DNA from: a virus
Taxonomy: Duplodnaviria; Caudoviricetes
Virus record (IMG/VR): IMGVR_UViG_3300048558_000101
Coordinates: 1-58,217 of that record
Reading direction: 5' to 3' (one strand)
DNA length: 58,217 nt
Positions 45,001 to 55,073 of the stretch are shown one piece after another; position 1 is the stretch's first letter; every line of letters begins with the position of its first letter. The notes under the pieces are model-generated. The model did no database searches and was not told the origin of the DNA. It saw only the letters and a list, made by a program, of their open reading frames with translations. The position numbers were made by a program, and so were the translations under genes.

Positions 45001-47133
45001 ATGGCACACAGCACAGAGAGCGACAAAAATTTTCTTCACAGACTGGGGGATGCGGTCAAAGCATTCCGGGTGCAATTCAGCGGCACCGGTACCGGCGGTC
45101 GTTCCAGCTACGTCCCAACACTGGATCAAATCTTTTCCATCTGGAATAGCGCATCTCGCCGAACCAGCATCAACTTTGCGCAGGAAGTCGGCGATCTCAC
45201 GCAATCCAGCCTGGTGATGGCGGTCGTGAACTGGGTAGGCCGCGCGCTCCCTGAAGCCATCGCGCGCGTGATGGAATCCGACAAAGAAGGAAAAGACTCG
45301 CCTGTCACCGATCATCCACTGGCCAAAATCCTCAAGCGCCCCAACCCGTATTACTCCGGCTCCACAATGGCGAAAGCCATTGCGCTCAATTGGGCGCTAA
45401 ATGGCAACGCCTACATCATCAAGCAGCGAAACGCGCTTGGCCAGGTCATTCAACTGTACAGCTATCCCTACTGGACTGTCCGGCCAGTGCGAGACGACAG
45501 CACGCAGCTCGTCAGCTATTACGAGGTCAACGTCAACGGAATCTGGCAGCGAGTGGACAGCGCGCAGGACATCACCGGGCGCGACAACCCGCTCGCGAAC
45601 GTCATCCACCTGCGCGATGGAATTGATCCCTACAACGACATGCTTGGCCTGTCTGGCCTGGGCTGCCTGCTGCGCGAAATCTTCACCGACAACGAAGCCG
45701 CATACTTCGGGGCCGTAATCATGAAAAACATGGGAATCATCCCCTATGTGGTTTCGCCTGCCGACAAAGATACCGATATTGACGCTGAGAAAGTGAAGGA
45801 AAGCCTGATCCGTCAGACCACCGGCGACCGGGCGAACGAACCGGCGGTCATCAACGGCTCGATCCGCGTGGATAAGCTCGGAATGACACCAGCCGAGATG
45901 GCGCTGGATGCGCTGCGAAATGTGCCGGAAGAGCGACTGGCGGGTGTGTTGGGTATTCCGGGCATGGTCGTTGGGTTTGGTTCGGCCTGGTCACGCTCGA
46001 CGTTCAGTAATTTCGCACAGGCCACCGAAGCGGCTTACGAAAATTACATGGTGCCGCTCTGGCGCTACCTGGACGAAGAGTTCACGCACCAGCTCCTGTT
46101 GCGCGACTTCGATCTGCCCGAGACAAACCGGCGCGTTGAACACGATCTGTCCAAGGTGCGCGCGCTGCAGGACGACGAAGACGCGCTGTACCGGCGCGTT
46201 GGCCTGGCGTACCAGCAGGGATGGATCACCCGGGGCGATGCGCGCGGAAAGACTGGTTTCAAAGTGGACGAAGAGCGCGACAACGTTTTTTTGAACCGCG
46301 TCGGCAATACATTCATTCCGGGCGATGATCCATCAGCGCAATTCCCAGAACCGATCTCGCCTGCCCGGCAGATCACAGATGGCGGCGCGCCACTGCTGGC
46401 GGACGGGAAAAATCCGCCGTCCAATCGCCGCTCGCTACCTGCACACCCTCAACCGCCCCAACTAGCCGCCGCGTCCGCTAACTCGGCAACAAAGGATTAT
46501 CGTGCAGGCCGATCTGCCTGTGCTGAATGCAATAATCTTTTCCTAAAAGGCGCAACGGACTGGAACTGTGGCCGGCACGCGCTCCCGATGGAGTACAGCG
46601 TTAAGCGTGTCGGCAAGTTCAAGTTTTCGTCAACTCAGATTGACCTGCCCCCAACAGTCGCGACCGCTATGTCGGAATTTGGCGCGAAGATTCCCAATGA
46701 CCAGTTGGGTGAAGACGGCAGGGAAGACGAACCCCATGTCACGATTCTTTATGGATTGCACACGAGCAACGCGGCCGACGTGGAGAAGGTACTGGCGGGC
46801 GAGTCGCCGGTGCGGTTGTCCTTTGGCCCCACCAGTTATTTCGAAGGCGAAGAGTTTGACGTTGTGTATGTTTCCGTAGAGAGCGAAGACCTGCGGGCAC
46901 TCAATCAGAACGTCAGCGATAATCTTGCCAACACCAACACTCATCCTGAGTACACGCCGCACGCGACAATTGCCTACGTCAAGCCTGGGCTTGGCCGTGA
47001 GTATGCGAACTTGGACATCTTCGAAGGACTGTACAGCGATGTGTCAGTTGTGGCCGATACCGTAACTTTCAGTGATCGGGGCGCGGAGAAGACCAGCATC
47101 CGGCTGAATCCCGCCAGACAGAGGATCGCATGA
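45001..47133 (+). CDS. HK97-family portal protein fused to a C-terminal 2H phosphoesterase (Acb1-like)
   Basis: HPL..IL.RPNPY, GNAY, VIHLR, GLS, TFSN portal motifs; C-terminal PHVTILYG (H579) and YTPHATIAY (H654). Confidence 0.88.
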   Translation: MAHSTESDKNFLHRLGDAVKAFRVQFSGTGTGGRSSYVPTLDQIFSIWNSASRRTSINFAQEVGDLTQSSLVMAVVNWVGRALPEAIARVMESDKEGKDSPVTDHPLAKILKRPNPYYSGSTMAKAIALNWALNGNAYIIKQRNALGQVIQLYSYPYWTVRPVRDDSTQLVSYYEVNVNGIWQRVDSAQDITGRDNPLANVIHLRDGIDPYNDMLGLSGLGCLLREIFTDNEAAYFGAVIMKNMGIIPYVVSPADKDTDIDAEKVKESLIRQTTGDRANEPAVINGSIRVDKLGMTPAEMALDALRNVPEERLAGVLGIPGMVVGFGSAWSRSTFSNFAQATEAAYENYMVPLWRYLDEEFTHQLLLRDFDLPETNRRVEHDLSKVRALQDDEDALYRRVGLAYQQGWITRGDARGKTGFKVDEERDNVFLNRVGNTFIPGDDPSAQFPEPISPARQITDGGAPLLADGKNPPSNRRSLPAHPQPPQLAAASANSATKDYRAGRSACAECNNLFLKGATDWNCGRHALPMEYSVKRVGKFKFSSTQIDLPPTVATAMSEFGAKIPNDQLGEDGREDEPHVTILYGLHTSNAADVEKVLAGESPVRLSFGPTSYFEGEEFDVVYVSVESEDLRALNQNVSDNLANTNTHPEYTPHATIAYVKPGLGREYANLDIFEGLYSDVSVVADTVTFSDRGAEKTSIRLNPARQRIA

Positions 47134-47453
47134 TTCAACCCGCGCCATTGCCGGATGTTTACTTCGCCACCGAGAAGGGCCGGTTTGGCCTGCTGTACTT
47201 CAGTATCGAAAACATCGTCTGGATGTGTTCAGGAAGGCTGGATGTTGTGGCGAACTTGCTGCCGCAGGATGTGCTGATCGTGCGTTTCTTCGCGGACGAA
47301 GAGAGCAAGCGTGTGGTAGTGGTGTTGACCAGTAGCGAATTTGCCGAAGTGGAGCGGGGGCTGGAACTCCCAAAGCTGCCGCCCATCACCATCACCCGGG
47401 TAATAAGAGACCCGCTACCCTGTGAATATCTCCCCGTCTCCCCGTCCCCCTGA
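47130..47453 (+). CDS. Hypothetical protein
   Basis: GAGGA RBS; ATGA overlap with the portal gene. Confidence 0.65.
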   Translation: MIQPAPLPDVYFATEKGRFGLLYFSIENIVWMCSGRLDVVANLLPQDVLIVRFFADEESKRVVVVLTSSEFAEVERGLELPKLPPITITRVIRDPLPCEYLPVSPSP

Positions 47454-47590
47454 TTCCTGGTTACTGGATACTGACCACCAACCACCTACCACTAACCACC
47501 AATTTCTGCCCGGCTATTTTCTAAAAAACACATCCACTCCAAAAAATAATCCAAAAAAAGTCTGTAGAACCCGCGCCGAGGTAACTACAG

Positions 47591-48931
47591 ATGCCACACC
47601 TGGATGAAGTTCAGATTCTCTTCGGCGGGGAAGTGAAAGCACTTTCGGACCAGCCTGATGGCCGCGTCGGCGGCTACCTGGTCCTGTTTTCCACCGCAGC
47701 CGATCCGGACATCACCAAAAAACGCGACTTCTTCACGAAAGAAACAGACTACGACCTGGACGCCAGCAATAAGTCCACGGTGCTTTATGACCATGCGCTT
47801 GATCCGACCATCAAACGCCGGAAGCTGGGCATCGGAGAGATGAAGATTGATGACGTCGGGGTGTGGATCGAATCTCAGCTCAATCTGCGCGATGAGTACG
47901 AACAGGCCATCTACGCAATGGCCAAAGCCGGAAAGCTGGGATGGAGTTCCGGCGCGCCGTCGCACCTGGTCGAGCGCAAATCTCACGAGAACGGCGCTCA
48001 CGAAATCCTGTCCTGGCCATTGGGCAAAGACGCCAGTCTGACCCCTACGCCCGCCGAGCCGCGCATCGTCGCGACCACCAGCCTGAAGGCTTACCAGGAA
48101 CACGAATTCAAAGCCCTGCGCTTTGTCCGAGCCGACGAAGCGCCGGCAGACGCGCCCGCCACTGAAACCAAGACGGCGGACAAACAGCAATTCATCGAAG
48201 TCGAGATCAAAGCAGCCGCGCCCGCTGAGACCAACAGCGGCGGCGCGCTCTACGAGAAGGAACTGGCCAAGCGAACGCAGCAGGTTTGGGAGCTGTGGAG
48301 TTCGGCCCAAAGCGTCTTCGAGAAAATCGGCAAAGCGGCGCGGAACGACGACCTGTTGGGAGTCGAGCCGGACATCAGCGCGCTTGTCACAGACGCAATC
48401 AACGCATTTGTCGCGCGCCTGACGCCGGCAGTAATCGCGCAGATCACCGATTACGCCAACGGCGAAGGCAGCAGCGAATACTTTTATATCAAGTCTTCTC
48501 TTGATTACCTGAAAAGCGGTTTGGTGTCCGAACAGCAAGTACAGGATCACTCTGACGTGGTGGTGTCCGCCGTGGAAGAGGTCGCAACCAAAAGTGCCGC
48601 GCTTGTTGAACCGCTGGGTTCATTCACGCGGCGAGTCCACGACAAGCAGAAATTCCGCGAAGAGACCAAAGCGGGCCGCAAGCTCAGCTCAGCCACACTG
48701 ACCAACATCGGCACAACCCATACCGGACTAGGCGAAACAATCGCTTCGCTCCAGGCCATTCACCAAAGCCTTGGTGACCTGATGGAGTCTGGAAAGCCGA
48801 AGGAAGAGCCGCAGCCGGTCGTGATGGCCAAGTCCGCTGACGAGGAAACGATCCGCCAACTCCTTGCCGAATCTCTGCACATCGAATCGCGTTTCGCGCT
48901 GTACCCACAGGTGTCTGCGCGCGCGGCTTAG
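47591..48931 (+). CDS. HK97-type prohead protease with long C-terminal extension
   Basis: GYLVLF, LYDH, GWSSG, SLTPTPAEP. Confidence 0.85.
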   Translation: MPHLDEVQILFGGEVKALSDQPDGRVGGYLVLFSTAADPDITKKRDFFTKETDYDLDASNKSTVLYDHALDPTIKRRKLGIGEMKIDDVGVWIESQLNLRDEYEQAIYAMAKAGKLGWSSGAPSHLVERKSHENGAHEILSWPLGKDASLTPTPAEPRIVATTSLKAYQEHEFKALRFVRADEAPADAPATETKTADKQQFIEVEIKAAAPAETNSGGALYEKELAKRTQQVWELWSSAQSVFEKIGKAARNDDLLGVEPDISALVTDAINAFVARLTPAVIAQITDYANGEGSSEYFYIKSSLDYLKSGLVSEQQVQDHSDVVVSAVEEVATKSAALVEPLGSFTRRVHDKQKFREETKAGRKLSSATLTNIGTTHTGLGETIASLQAIHQSLGDLMESGKPKEEPQPVVMAKSADEETIRQLLAESLHIESRFALYPQVSARAA

Positions 48932-48939
48932 GAGTGATT

Positions 48940-50220
48940 ATGCCTTTCGAGAAAAGCGACAAGTGGAAAGAGATGGATTTCAAGAATCTTTCCGGCTTCG
49001 TGACAACGCGCCGCGAAGAGTTGGACAAGGTTTGGGCCGAGAGCAAAGACCCCGAGACCGGAAGCGTTAAGGCTATTGGCCAGGAGGTCGTGCAGGAGAT
49101 CCGCGACCGCAACGCGGAGCTGGGCGAGGCCACAAAGCGCTGGGAAGACTTGCGCGAAATTGACGAGACCTTCATTAAGAACAAGGAAGCGTTGCGCGGC
49201 CTGAAGGAAACGCCGCACAATCCCACGCCATTCCCAACAAAGGGCAAACCCGGCGACGGCGCCCAGGCCGAACGCCAAACCAAGAGCATAGGTGAACTGT
49301 TCACGGAAGCCAAGGAATTCCTGGAATCTATCAAGTCAGGTCACACGGATTCGTCACGATACTCGGCTGAGTTACCCGACGTGGATGTAAAAGCCACGAT
49401 GACGACGGCAGCAGGCTTTGCGCCCGCCAATGATCGAACTAACCGGGTCGTGGATTTCGCGCTGCGACGTCCCGTGGTTGCCGATCTGATCCCGCAAGAC
49501 CCCACTACGCTCAGCAATATCCGGTATATGGAGGAAACAACCTTCACAAATAATGCCGGACCCGTTGCCGAAAACGCCGCCAAGCCGGAATCAGCGCTCC
49601 AATGGACTGAGCGTAACGCGCTGGTGGAAGTCATCGCGACTTACATCCCAATCACAAATCAACAGCTTGACGATGTGCCAAATATCCGCGGCGTCATTGA
49701 TAACCGTCTGACTACGATGTTGCAGCTAGCCGAAGAGAACAAACTTCTCAACGGCAATGGCACCAGTCCAGAGATACTGGGCTTTTATAACAAGCCTGGT
49801 ATTCAGACTCAGGCTAAAGCCACAGATCCGGTTCCTGATGCGATCTTCAAGGCATTCACCAAGGTGCGTCACACAGGCTTTGCGGAGCCGACCGGCGTTG
49901 TTTTGCACCCCAACGACTGGCAAGACATCCGTTTGCTGCGCACAGCAGACGGCATCTACATCTGGGGTAATCCAAGTGAGGCTGGACCTGAGCGTATTTG
50001 GGGCAAGCCGATCATCGCGACCACTGCCGCAACTGAGGGCACAGGCCTTACTGGTGACTTTCAGTTGTTTTCGCACATCAGCCGACGGATGGGCATCACC
50101 ATCCTAGTTGGTTTGGTAAACGATGACTTTATCAAGAACAAACAGACTATCCGCGGGGAAGAACGCTTGAGCCTTGAGATTCTTCGGGCGGCTGCGTTTT
50201 GCCTGATTACCGGTATTTAG
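48940..50220 (+). CDS. HK97-family major capsid protein
   Basis: N-terminal coiled-coil delta domain; VAENAAKPES, LLNGNG, LHPNDW, DG.YIW, DDFIKN. Confidence 0.93.
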   Translation: MPFEKSDKWKEMDFKNLSGFVTTRREELDKVWAESKDPETGSVKAIGQEVVQEIRDRNAELGEATKRWEDLREIDETFIKNKEALRGLKETPHNPTPFPTKGKPGDGAQAERQTKSIGELFTEAKEFLESIKSGHTDSSRYSAELPDVDVKATMTTAAGFAPANDRTNRVVDFALRRPVVADLIPQDPTTLSNIRYMEETTFTNNAGPVAENAAKPESALQWTERNALVEVIATYIPITNQQLDDVPNIRGVIDNRLTTMLQLAEENKLLNGNGTSPEILGFYNKPGIQTQAKATDPVPDAIFKAFTKVRHTGFAEPTGVVLHPNDWQDIRLLRTADGIYIWGNPSEAGPERIWGKPIIATTAATEGTGLTGDFQLFSHISRRMGITILVGLVNDDFIKNKQTIRGEERLSLEILRAAAFCLITGI

Positions 50221-50254
50221 TCTGCGATTTGTACTGGCAGAGTTTCTCTTTCCC

Positions 50255-50288
50255 GCCGGGCGATGTGTTCCATCGTCCGGCAATTTTT
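50255..50288 (+). terminator. Hairpin terminator or stabiliser after the capsid gene
   Basis: GCCGGGCGATG-tgttc-CATCGTCCGGC then AATTTTT. Confidence 0.55.
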
Positions 50289-50302
50289 CAAAGGAGGAAA
50301 AA

Positions 50303-50575
50303 ATGCATACGGCACTCTTACTAGATGGCAATCCAACTCCTATCAGCATTCGCGTGAATGAACAGTCAAGGTTTATTGCCTCGCCTCGCGGCGGAGTGGT
50401 CAAGAACTTCGAGTTGATGAGGAGGTTAAGCGATGACGATGTGCTGATCTATCGGGCCACCGGGATCGCGCTTTCTGACGAAGAGTTTGAAAGCTTAGCC
50501 CATAAGGAAGCGGATCCGTATCGCCGTCCAGAAGCTTACCGAAACATCAACCGCGAAACGCTGCTGTCACACTGA
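50303..50575 (+). CDS. Hypothetical protein
   Basis: Strong AAGGAGG RBS. Confidence 0.7.
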   Translation: MHTALLLDGNPTPISIRVNEQSRFIASPRGGVVKNFELMRRLSDDDVLIYRATGIALSDEEFESLAHKEADPYRRPEAYRNINRETLLSH

Positions 50576-50633
50576 GGCTACGACCTCGCGTTTGTTAAGC
50601 AAGTTTTCAACCGCAGTTTAGGAGGAAACAGTC

Positions 50634-51176
50634 ATGGGAATCATCTCTGGTGGCCGGGTCATAGAAGGCGCAATTGGCCCTTACGTGCTTGAAGGCGCGC
50701 CCAGTAACGGCACGAACGAAGTCCAGACCCTGACCATCGGTGGTACGCCGTCGGCAGGCGCTGGCAGCTATTTCAAGCTGGCCTTTATGGGCTTCATCAC
50801 AGGCCCGATTCTCTGGTCAGCCACGAACGCCACTCTGCTGGCCGCGATCAATGCCGCGCTGGACGCTCTGCCGCACGTCGGCAACGGCGAAATCCTGGCC
50901 GCTGCTGGTTCGCTGACCAATGGCATCGGGACCATCACACTGACATTCAGCGGCGAATGGGGCAAACGAGCCGTCCCGACAATCACAGTCGCGGAAAACA
51001 GTCTGACAGGAACTGCGCCAACGGTCGCAGTCACAGAGACTACGCCAAGCGTTGACGCGACATTTCGCGGTGCGCCGGTTGGTGCCGAGCTGCGCGACGT
51101 CACCAACGGCAAGGTCTACATCAATACAGGCACGCCCAATTCTCCGACTTGGACGGTCGAGGGAACGCAGACCTAA
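50634..51176 (+). CDS. Putative head decoration protein
   Basis: NEVQTLTI...YINTGT...PTW; Gly/Thr-rich; AGGAGG RBS. Confidence 0.65.
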   Translation: MGIISGGRVIEGAIGPYVLEGAPSNGTNEVQTLTIGGTPSAGAGSYFKLAFMGFITGPILWSATNATLLAAINAALDALPHVGNGEILAAAGSLTNGIGTITLTFSGEWGKRAVPTITVAENSLTGTAPTVAVTETTPSVDATFRGAPVGAELRDVTNGKVYINTGTPNSPTWTVEGTQT

Positions 51177-51197
51177 TCCGCAATCCGCAATCCGCAT
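51175..51197 (+). repeat. Tandem heptamer AATCCGC x3
   Basis: AATCCGCAATCCGCAATCCGCAT immediately at the stop codon. Confidence 0.6.
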
Positions 51198-51265
51198 TGT
51201 CAAAATCTTGGCAATACATTGGCTGATTTATGGCAATTCATTGGCAAAAGCCACACGAGGTAAAC

Positions 51266-51730
51266 ATGGCAAACACAGTGATTTCGCAAGCAACCTGGTA
51301 CCAGAACGCAGATAAATCGGCGGTCACGTCCAAAGAAGATTCGCCGGCCGCCGCCTTCCTGCTAGTTCGCGCAGGCATGCCGGTCGAAGTGGATCAGCTC
51401 AAGAAGTACGGCCTGCCGCTTGATGGCAGCATTCCGGAAATCGAGAGGGAAACGGGATTGCCCGTTCCTCAGAAATCTACGGATGAGATTGCCAGACTTG
51501 AGGCTCAGCTTGCTGAGTTGAAGGCGAAGCAGTCAGGAGAAAGTGCTGGCAGTGACGGCAAGCCCGAAAGCGGAAGTGTCATCGTCAAAGACGATGGCGC
51601 CAAGACTGACGGCGTAAACGTTGTCAACACGGATGCCAACGCCACCAAACCAACGGCCAGAACGACCGCCAAGGCCGCTGATAACAAGACGGCGGACGCC
51701 ACGAAACCGGCGGACACCAACAAGCCTTAA
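51266..51730 (+). CDS. Hypothetical protein with low-complexity C-terminus
   Basis: GAGG RBS; position after capsid genes. Confidence 0.65.
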   Translation: MANTVISQATWYQNADKSAVTSKEDSPAAAFLLVRAGMPVEVDQLKKYGLPLDGSIPEIERETGLPVPQKSTDEIARLEAQLAELKAKQSGESAGSDGKPESGSVIVKDDGAKTDGVNVVNTDANATKPTARTTAKAADNKTADATKPADTNKP

Positions 51731-51733
51731 ACC

Positions 51734-52201
51734 ATGCCGACGGTCGAGCAAGACAAACAGGCGGCACTGGCCAGGTTGCGACTTCTCGCGGCCTACGACG
51801 TGCCGCCTAAGCTTACCGATCCCGAGCTGATCCAGATTCTGGAGGCGCGGCAAATCGGTGATTACTGGAAGCCTGGCACTGTTTACGCGCCGGGGGCAAA
51901 GGTCATTCCCGCGACCGCCAATGGCCGCATCTACAAGGCCGTCAGCGGCGGCACGAGCGGGCAGGTGGAACCAAACTGGTCAGCCGTCAGCTATGACCGC
52001 TTCACCGACGGCACTGTGACGTGGCAGGAGGCAGGAGCGGCGCTTTCGGGCGTCTTTGATCTGGAAGGTGCGGTTTATGACGCCTGGGGAATCAAGGAAG
52101 GGCGCGCTTCGGTGTTGTTCGCGACCGACCATTCTCAACAGCAGGTCTTTGATCACTGCCGCCTTATGCGACAGCGATCTCGCCCGGTAAGGATTGCATG
52201 A
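51734..52201 (+). CDS. Head-tail adaptor-like protein with inserted carbohydrate-binding-like module
   Basis: LTDPEL..IL ... DL.GA..DAW..K adaptor pattern; insert WKPGTVY...YKA..GGTSG..EP.W...DGTVTW. Confidence 0.65.
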   Translation: MPTVEQDKQAALARLRLLAAYDVPPKLTDPELIQILEARQIGDYWKPGTVYAPGAKVIPATANGRIYKAVSGGTSGQVEPNWSAVSYDRFTDGTVTWQEAGAALSGVFDLEGAVYDAWGIKEGRASVLFATDHSQQQVFDHCRLMRQRSRPVRIA

Positions 52202-52581
52202 GCCTGCATTCAGACCTTTACGAATCTGCCTTTCAGTTCGGCAATCAGGTCGAACAGGTCGAGCAGGGCGAAGAAGCTCAGTTCGTGTTGTTGACGATGG
52301 ATAAGGCGACAAAAACACTTGTCGAACACAAGACGGTTGCCGGTCAGATGCGGAGCGCTGATGTGCGAAACAATCTGCCGCCGGATGTGCTGTTTGAATT
52401 GATGCTGCCTGAATCCGCAATGGTGCAGGCGGATGTCAAAAAGGTCTACGCGGTTCGTCACGCGCTGGCCAATGCGATCTACACCTACAAGATCAAGACG
52501 CCTTCGCCGATCGAGCCTTACGGCACATACCGATACTGGCGGCTTTGGCTGGTGCCGATGGAGTCAACACCTAATGCCTAA
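52198..52581 (+). CDS. Putative head closure protein
   Basis: Size and position; ATGA overlap. Confidence 0.55.
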   Translation: MSLHSDLYESAFQFGNQVEQVEQGEEAQFVLLTMDKATKTLVEHKTVAGQMRSADVRNNLPPDVLFELMLPESAMVQADVKKVYAVRHALANAIYTYKIKTPSPIEPYGTYRYWRLWLVPMESTPNA

Positions 52582-52954
52582 CGTCAAAATCAACTTCAAT
52601 CAGAGGGGATTTGCGAACGCCGTGCGCAAGACGGCGGGCCTGACGATCCGCCGCTACATTGAGGCGTTGAAGCGGACGATTCTTGATTTATTCCGCCAGG
52701 CCAAGCATGGCCAGCTCTATCGCAAGCCGGGCGGTGGGCTTTACCGAGCAGCACGGCCAGGTGAACCGCCCGCGGAACGCACTGGTGGTTTGGCGCGGTC
52801 AGTCCGCGAGGCCTTTCCTGATCCGGTTACCGGTCTGCTCAACATCGGCGCGGATTACGCCAGCTACGTTGAGAAGCGAAACCCTTATGTGCGGCCAGCA
52901 TTGGTCAGCGTCTCTCGCCGTTTTGGCGGCGGCGCGCGCGCGAGGCTTGGATGA
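52574..52954 (+). CDS. HK97 gp10-like neck protein
   Basis: PGEPPA.RTG.L.RS...YA.YVE..NPY.RPA. Confidence 0.75.
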   Translation: MPNVKINFNQRGFANAVRKTAGLTIRRYIEALKRTILDLFRQAKHGQLYRKPGGGLYRAARPGEPPAERTGGLARSVREAFPDPVTGLLNIGADYASYVEKRNPYVRPALVSVSRRFGGGARARLG

Positions 52955-53151
52955 TGAAGATGCCAAGCAAAACGGAATGCGGTTCGATAATCGCGGCCTG
53001 TTGTTTCGTGCTTGGCCACGTCTCGCTGGCCTTTAAGAATCAGCGCCAGACCGAATTCCAGATCGCTGCCAAGTTCTGGTGGTTTTATCTGCTGGGCACT
53101 GCCGCATTTATTGGAGTATTGCTCACGCTTAAAGCTGAGCGAAGACGATAA
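52951..53151 (+). CDS. Small two-TM protein
   Basis: Two hydrophobic segments; fills the gap exactly. Confidence 0.5.
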   Translation: MMKMPSKTECGSIIAACCFVLGHVSLAFKNQRQTEFQIAAKFWWFYLLGTAAFIGVLLTLKAERRR

Positions 53152-53153
53152 CG

Positions 53154-53639
53154 ATGCCAACGCCGACCGACATTGAATTTGATGTTGAAGCGCGCAACGC
53201 CATCGCGGCTGCCATCAAGCTGGCGGCGCCCAATGCCGCCGTGATTCCGCGCAACATCCTGAACGTTCGGGATGACGGATCGGCGTTTCTATTGCTGGAT
53301 GATAACGACGTGCAGGTGGACGGCTGGATGGTCACACAGGCCGCGCTGAACGATGTCGAACAGCGAAGCGACGCCGTTCAGTACGAGATCGTTTATTCGG
53401 TCTGGCAGTTCTACCAGTACCGGACGGGCGATGACACCTCCAACTCAGAAGACGAATTCTCAAGGGAGCGCGCAGCGGTGCTGAAGCAACTGGCGAAGCG
53501 GAGCGAAATGCCGGAATGGCTGAGAGATTACCAGCCGCTGACCTTTAGCGTAATTGACATCTTTCCGGCCAACGTCGCGGGCGGCCAGCTCCACATCGCG
53601 CAAGGGGCGCTTCGGGTCAATTGGGTGGTGAATTGCTGA
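53154..53639 (+). CDS. Putative tail terminator protein
   Basis: Size, acidity and position before the tail tube gene. Confidence 0.55.
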   Translation: MPTPTDIEFDVEARNAIAAAIKLAAPNAAVIPRNILNVRDDGSAFLLLDDNDVQVDGWMVTQAALNDVEQRSDAVQYEIVYSVWQFYQYRTGDDTSNSEDEFSRERAAVLKQLAKRSEMPEWLRDYQPLTFSVIDIFPANVAGGQLHIAQGALRVNWVVNC

Positions 53640-53669
53640 GCAAAAAATTACGCGAGCACGAGTAACAGA

Positions 53670-53834
53670 ATGGATGCGATCTCGATCTGGTTATTTAAGG
53701 AATTGGGGCGACTGGTCAAAGGCATAGGCAGCGCGCTTGTGATCTACGCGGTTTGGCGCGAGACCGGCAAAAAGCCCACGCGCCAGCAATTGCGCGAAAT
53801 GGAGCGGCAGCAGGCCGACGTCCACCAAGACTGA
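53670..53834 (+). CDS. 54-aa hypothetical peptide, not in the ORF track
   Basis: MDAISIWLFKELGRLVKGIGSALVIYAVW...; weak RBS. Confidence 0.35.
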   Translation: MDAISIWLFKELGRLVKGIGSALVIYAVWRETGKKPTRQQLREMERQQADVHQD

Positions 53835-53941
53835 TCTTTTATTTTTGAATCATTGAACTGAGCAAGCGGCGGATGACCTGAGACGTAATTCCGCCAACGT
53901 CTTCGGACGCATAGCGACCTCGCAAACAACACGAGGAAGCT

Positions 53942-55024
53942 ATGGCTGAATATCGTCAAAATGATGCTGGCCTCTGGGTCAGCAGTCGGCGGGAAACGTC
54001 CTTCAATACGCCCTATACCGCCGGCGCTGGTTTTTTGAAAGCAACATCGCAACAGCCGGTTGTCCTGGTTCCAGAAATGGAAAAGGTCACGGACGAAGGC
54101 CGCGCCGGCAACGGGCACGAGTTCGCGACCGCTATCTGCAATACATACTGGTCAGCCTTGGCCGCCGCGATCGCCGACCAGGCCAACTTCAACCTGCACG
54201 GCAGGCTATGGCTGCGCGCCCTCGGTGGTGCGGTTACCGACACGACGGTAGTTTCGGCGGCGGCTTACAAGCACGCGGCCAACATGCTGCCTGTTGCGAG
54301 CGGACTTCAGTTGCCATCCAGCACCGTTGTTTCAGAACTGGGCGGCGCGTCGTTCCTGTTCCCCGGCGTCGTGGTCGAACGCGCCAGGATGAGCCAGGAC
54401 GGCACCAACCCGGTGGTTTGCCAGTTCGATTTTGTTGGGAGCGGTAAACACAGAAGCCCGCACGCTGTCACATCGCTGCCAGCAGCCCCGAGCTTTTCGT
54501 GCCTGAAGCCGACTTCGATCCTTCAGTACACGTACAGCGGCGGCACGGTGGACTTCACAACCGGTTGCCGGGTGCGTAGCTGGTTTGTGGAAGTGGCCAA
54601 TAACCACGCGCCCACAGACGACCGTTGTATCGGCGATGCCACGCAGAACGCTGGCGATTACGGCGCTTCAGGCGGCCTTTCAGACGCTGCCTATCTGTCC
54701 AAGCTTTCGCGCGGCAATCGCGTCGTGACGGCGCAGGTAGTCGTGCTGCTGGATTCCACGCTCCCTGAGTGGACCCGGATGGCTGAGAACGAAGTCCTGA
54801 CCAACATCACCTTTGGCGCAGTTGGCTCTGTTCTGGACGCGACCGCCCCAACCAAGGAGACGCTGAAAGTCATCATCCCGAATGGACGCTTCCGCGCAGT
54901 TCAGGAGACCGACAGCAACGGCAAGGCGGCTCTGACGCTGACCTTCATTGCGATGTACGACTCCGGCAGCGGCGGCGCGGCTAAGGTGGAAGTGGTCAAC
55001 AGCATCGCGAGCAACTTCGATTAA
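53942..55024 (+). CDS. Major tail (tube) protein
   Basis: ETSFNT N-terminus; ALG...YKH; VANN; position; GAGGA RBS. Confidence 0.75.
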   Translation: MAEYRQNDAGLWVSSRRETSFNTPYTAGAGFLKATSQQPVVLVPEMEKVTDEGRAGNGHEFATAICNTYWSALAAAIADQANFNLHGRLWLRALGGAVTDTTVVSAAAYKHAANMLPVASGLQLPSSTVVSELGGASFLFPGVVVERARMSQDGTNPVVCQFDFVGSGKHRSPHAVTSLPAAPSFSCLKPTSILQYTYSGGTVDFTTGCRVRSWFVEVANNHAPTDDRCIGDATQNAGDYGASGGLSDAAYLSKLSRGNRVVTAQVVVLLDSTLPEWTRMAENEVLTNITFGAVGSVLDATAPTKETLKVIIPNGRFRAVQETDSNGKAALTLTFIAMYDSGSGGAAKVEVVNSIASNFD

Positions 55025-55073
55025 GCCGGGCTGACGCTATGGCTGAAATCACGCGACGAACCAAGAGGAAACT

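Noticed and set aside
47430-47505. C-rich short tandem repeats (TCCCCG, ACCACC) as a functional element
   Set aside because: Short, degenerate low-complexity repeats with no supporting structure
47585-48550. 321-aa minus-strand ORF and similar long antisense ORFs
   Set aside because: Shadows of well-supported head genes in GC-rich DNA, with no motifs or RBS
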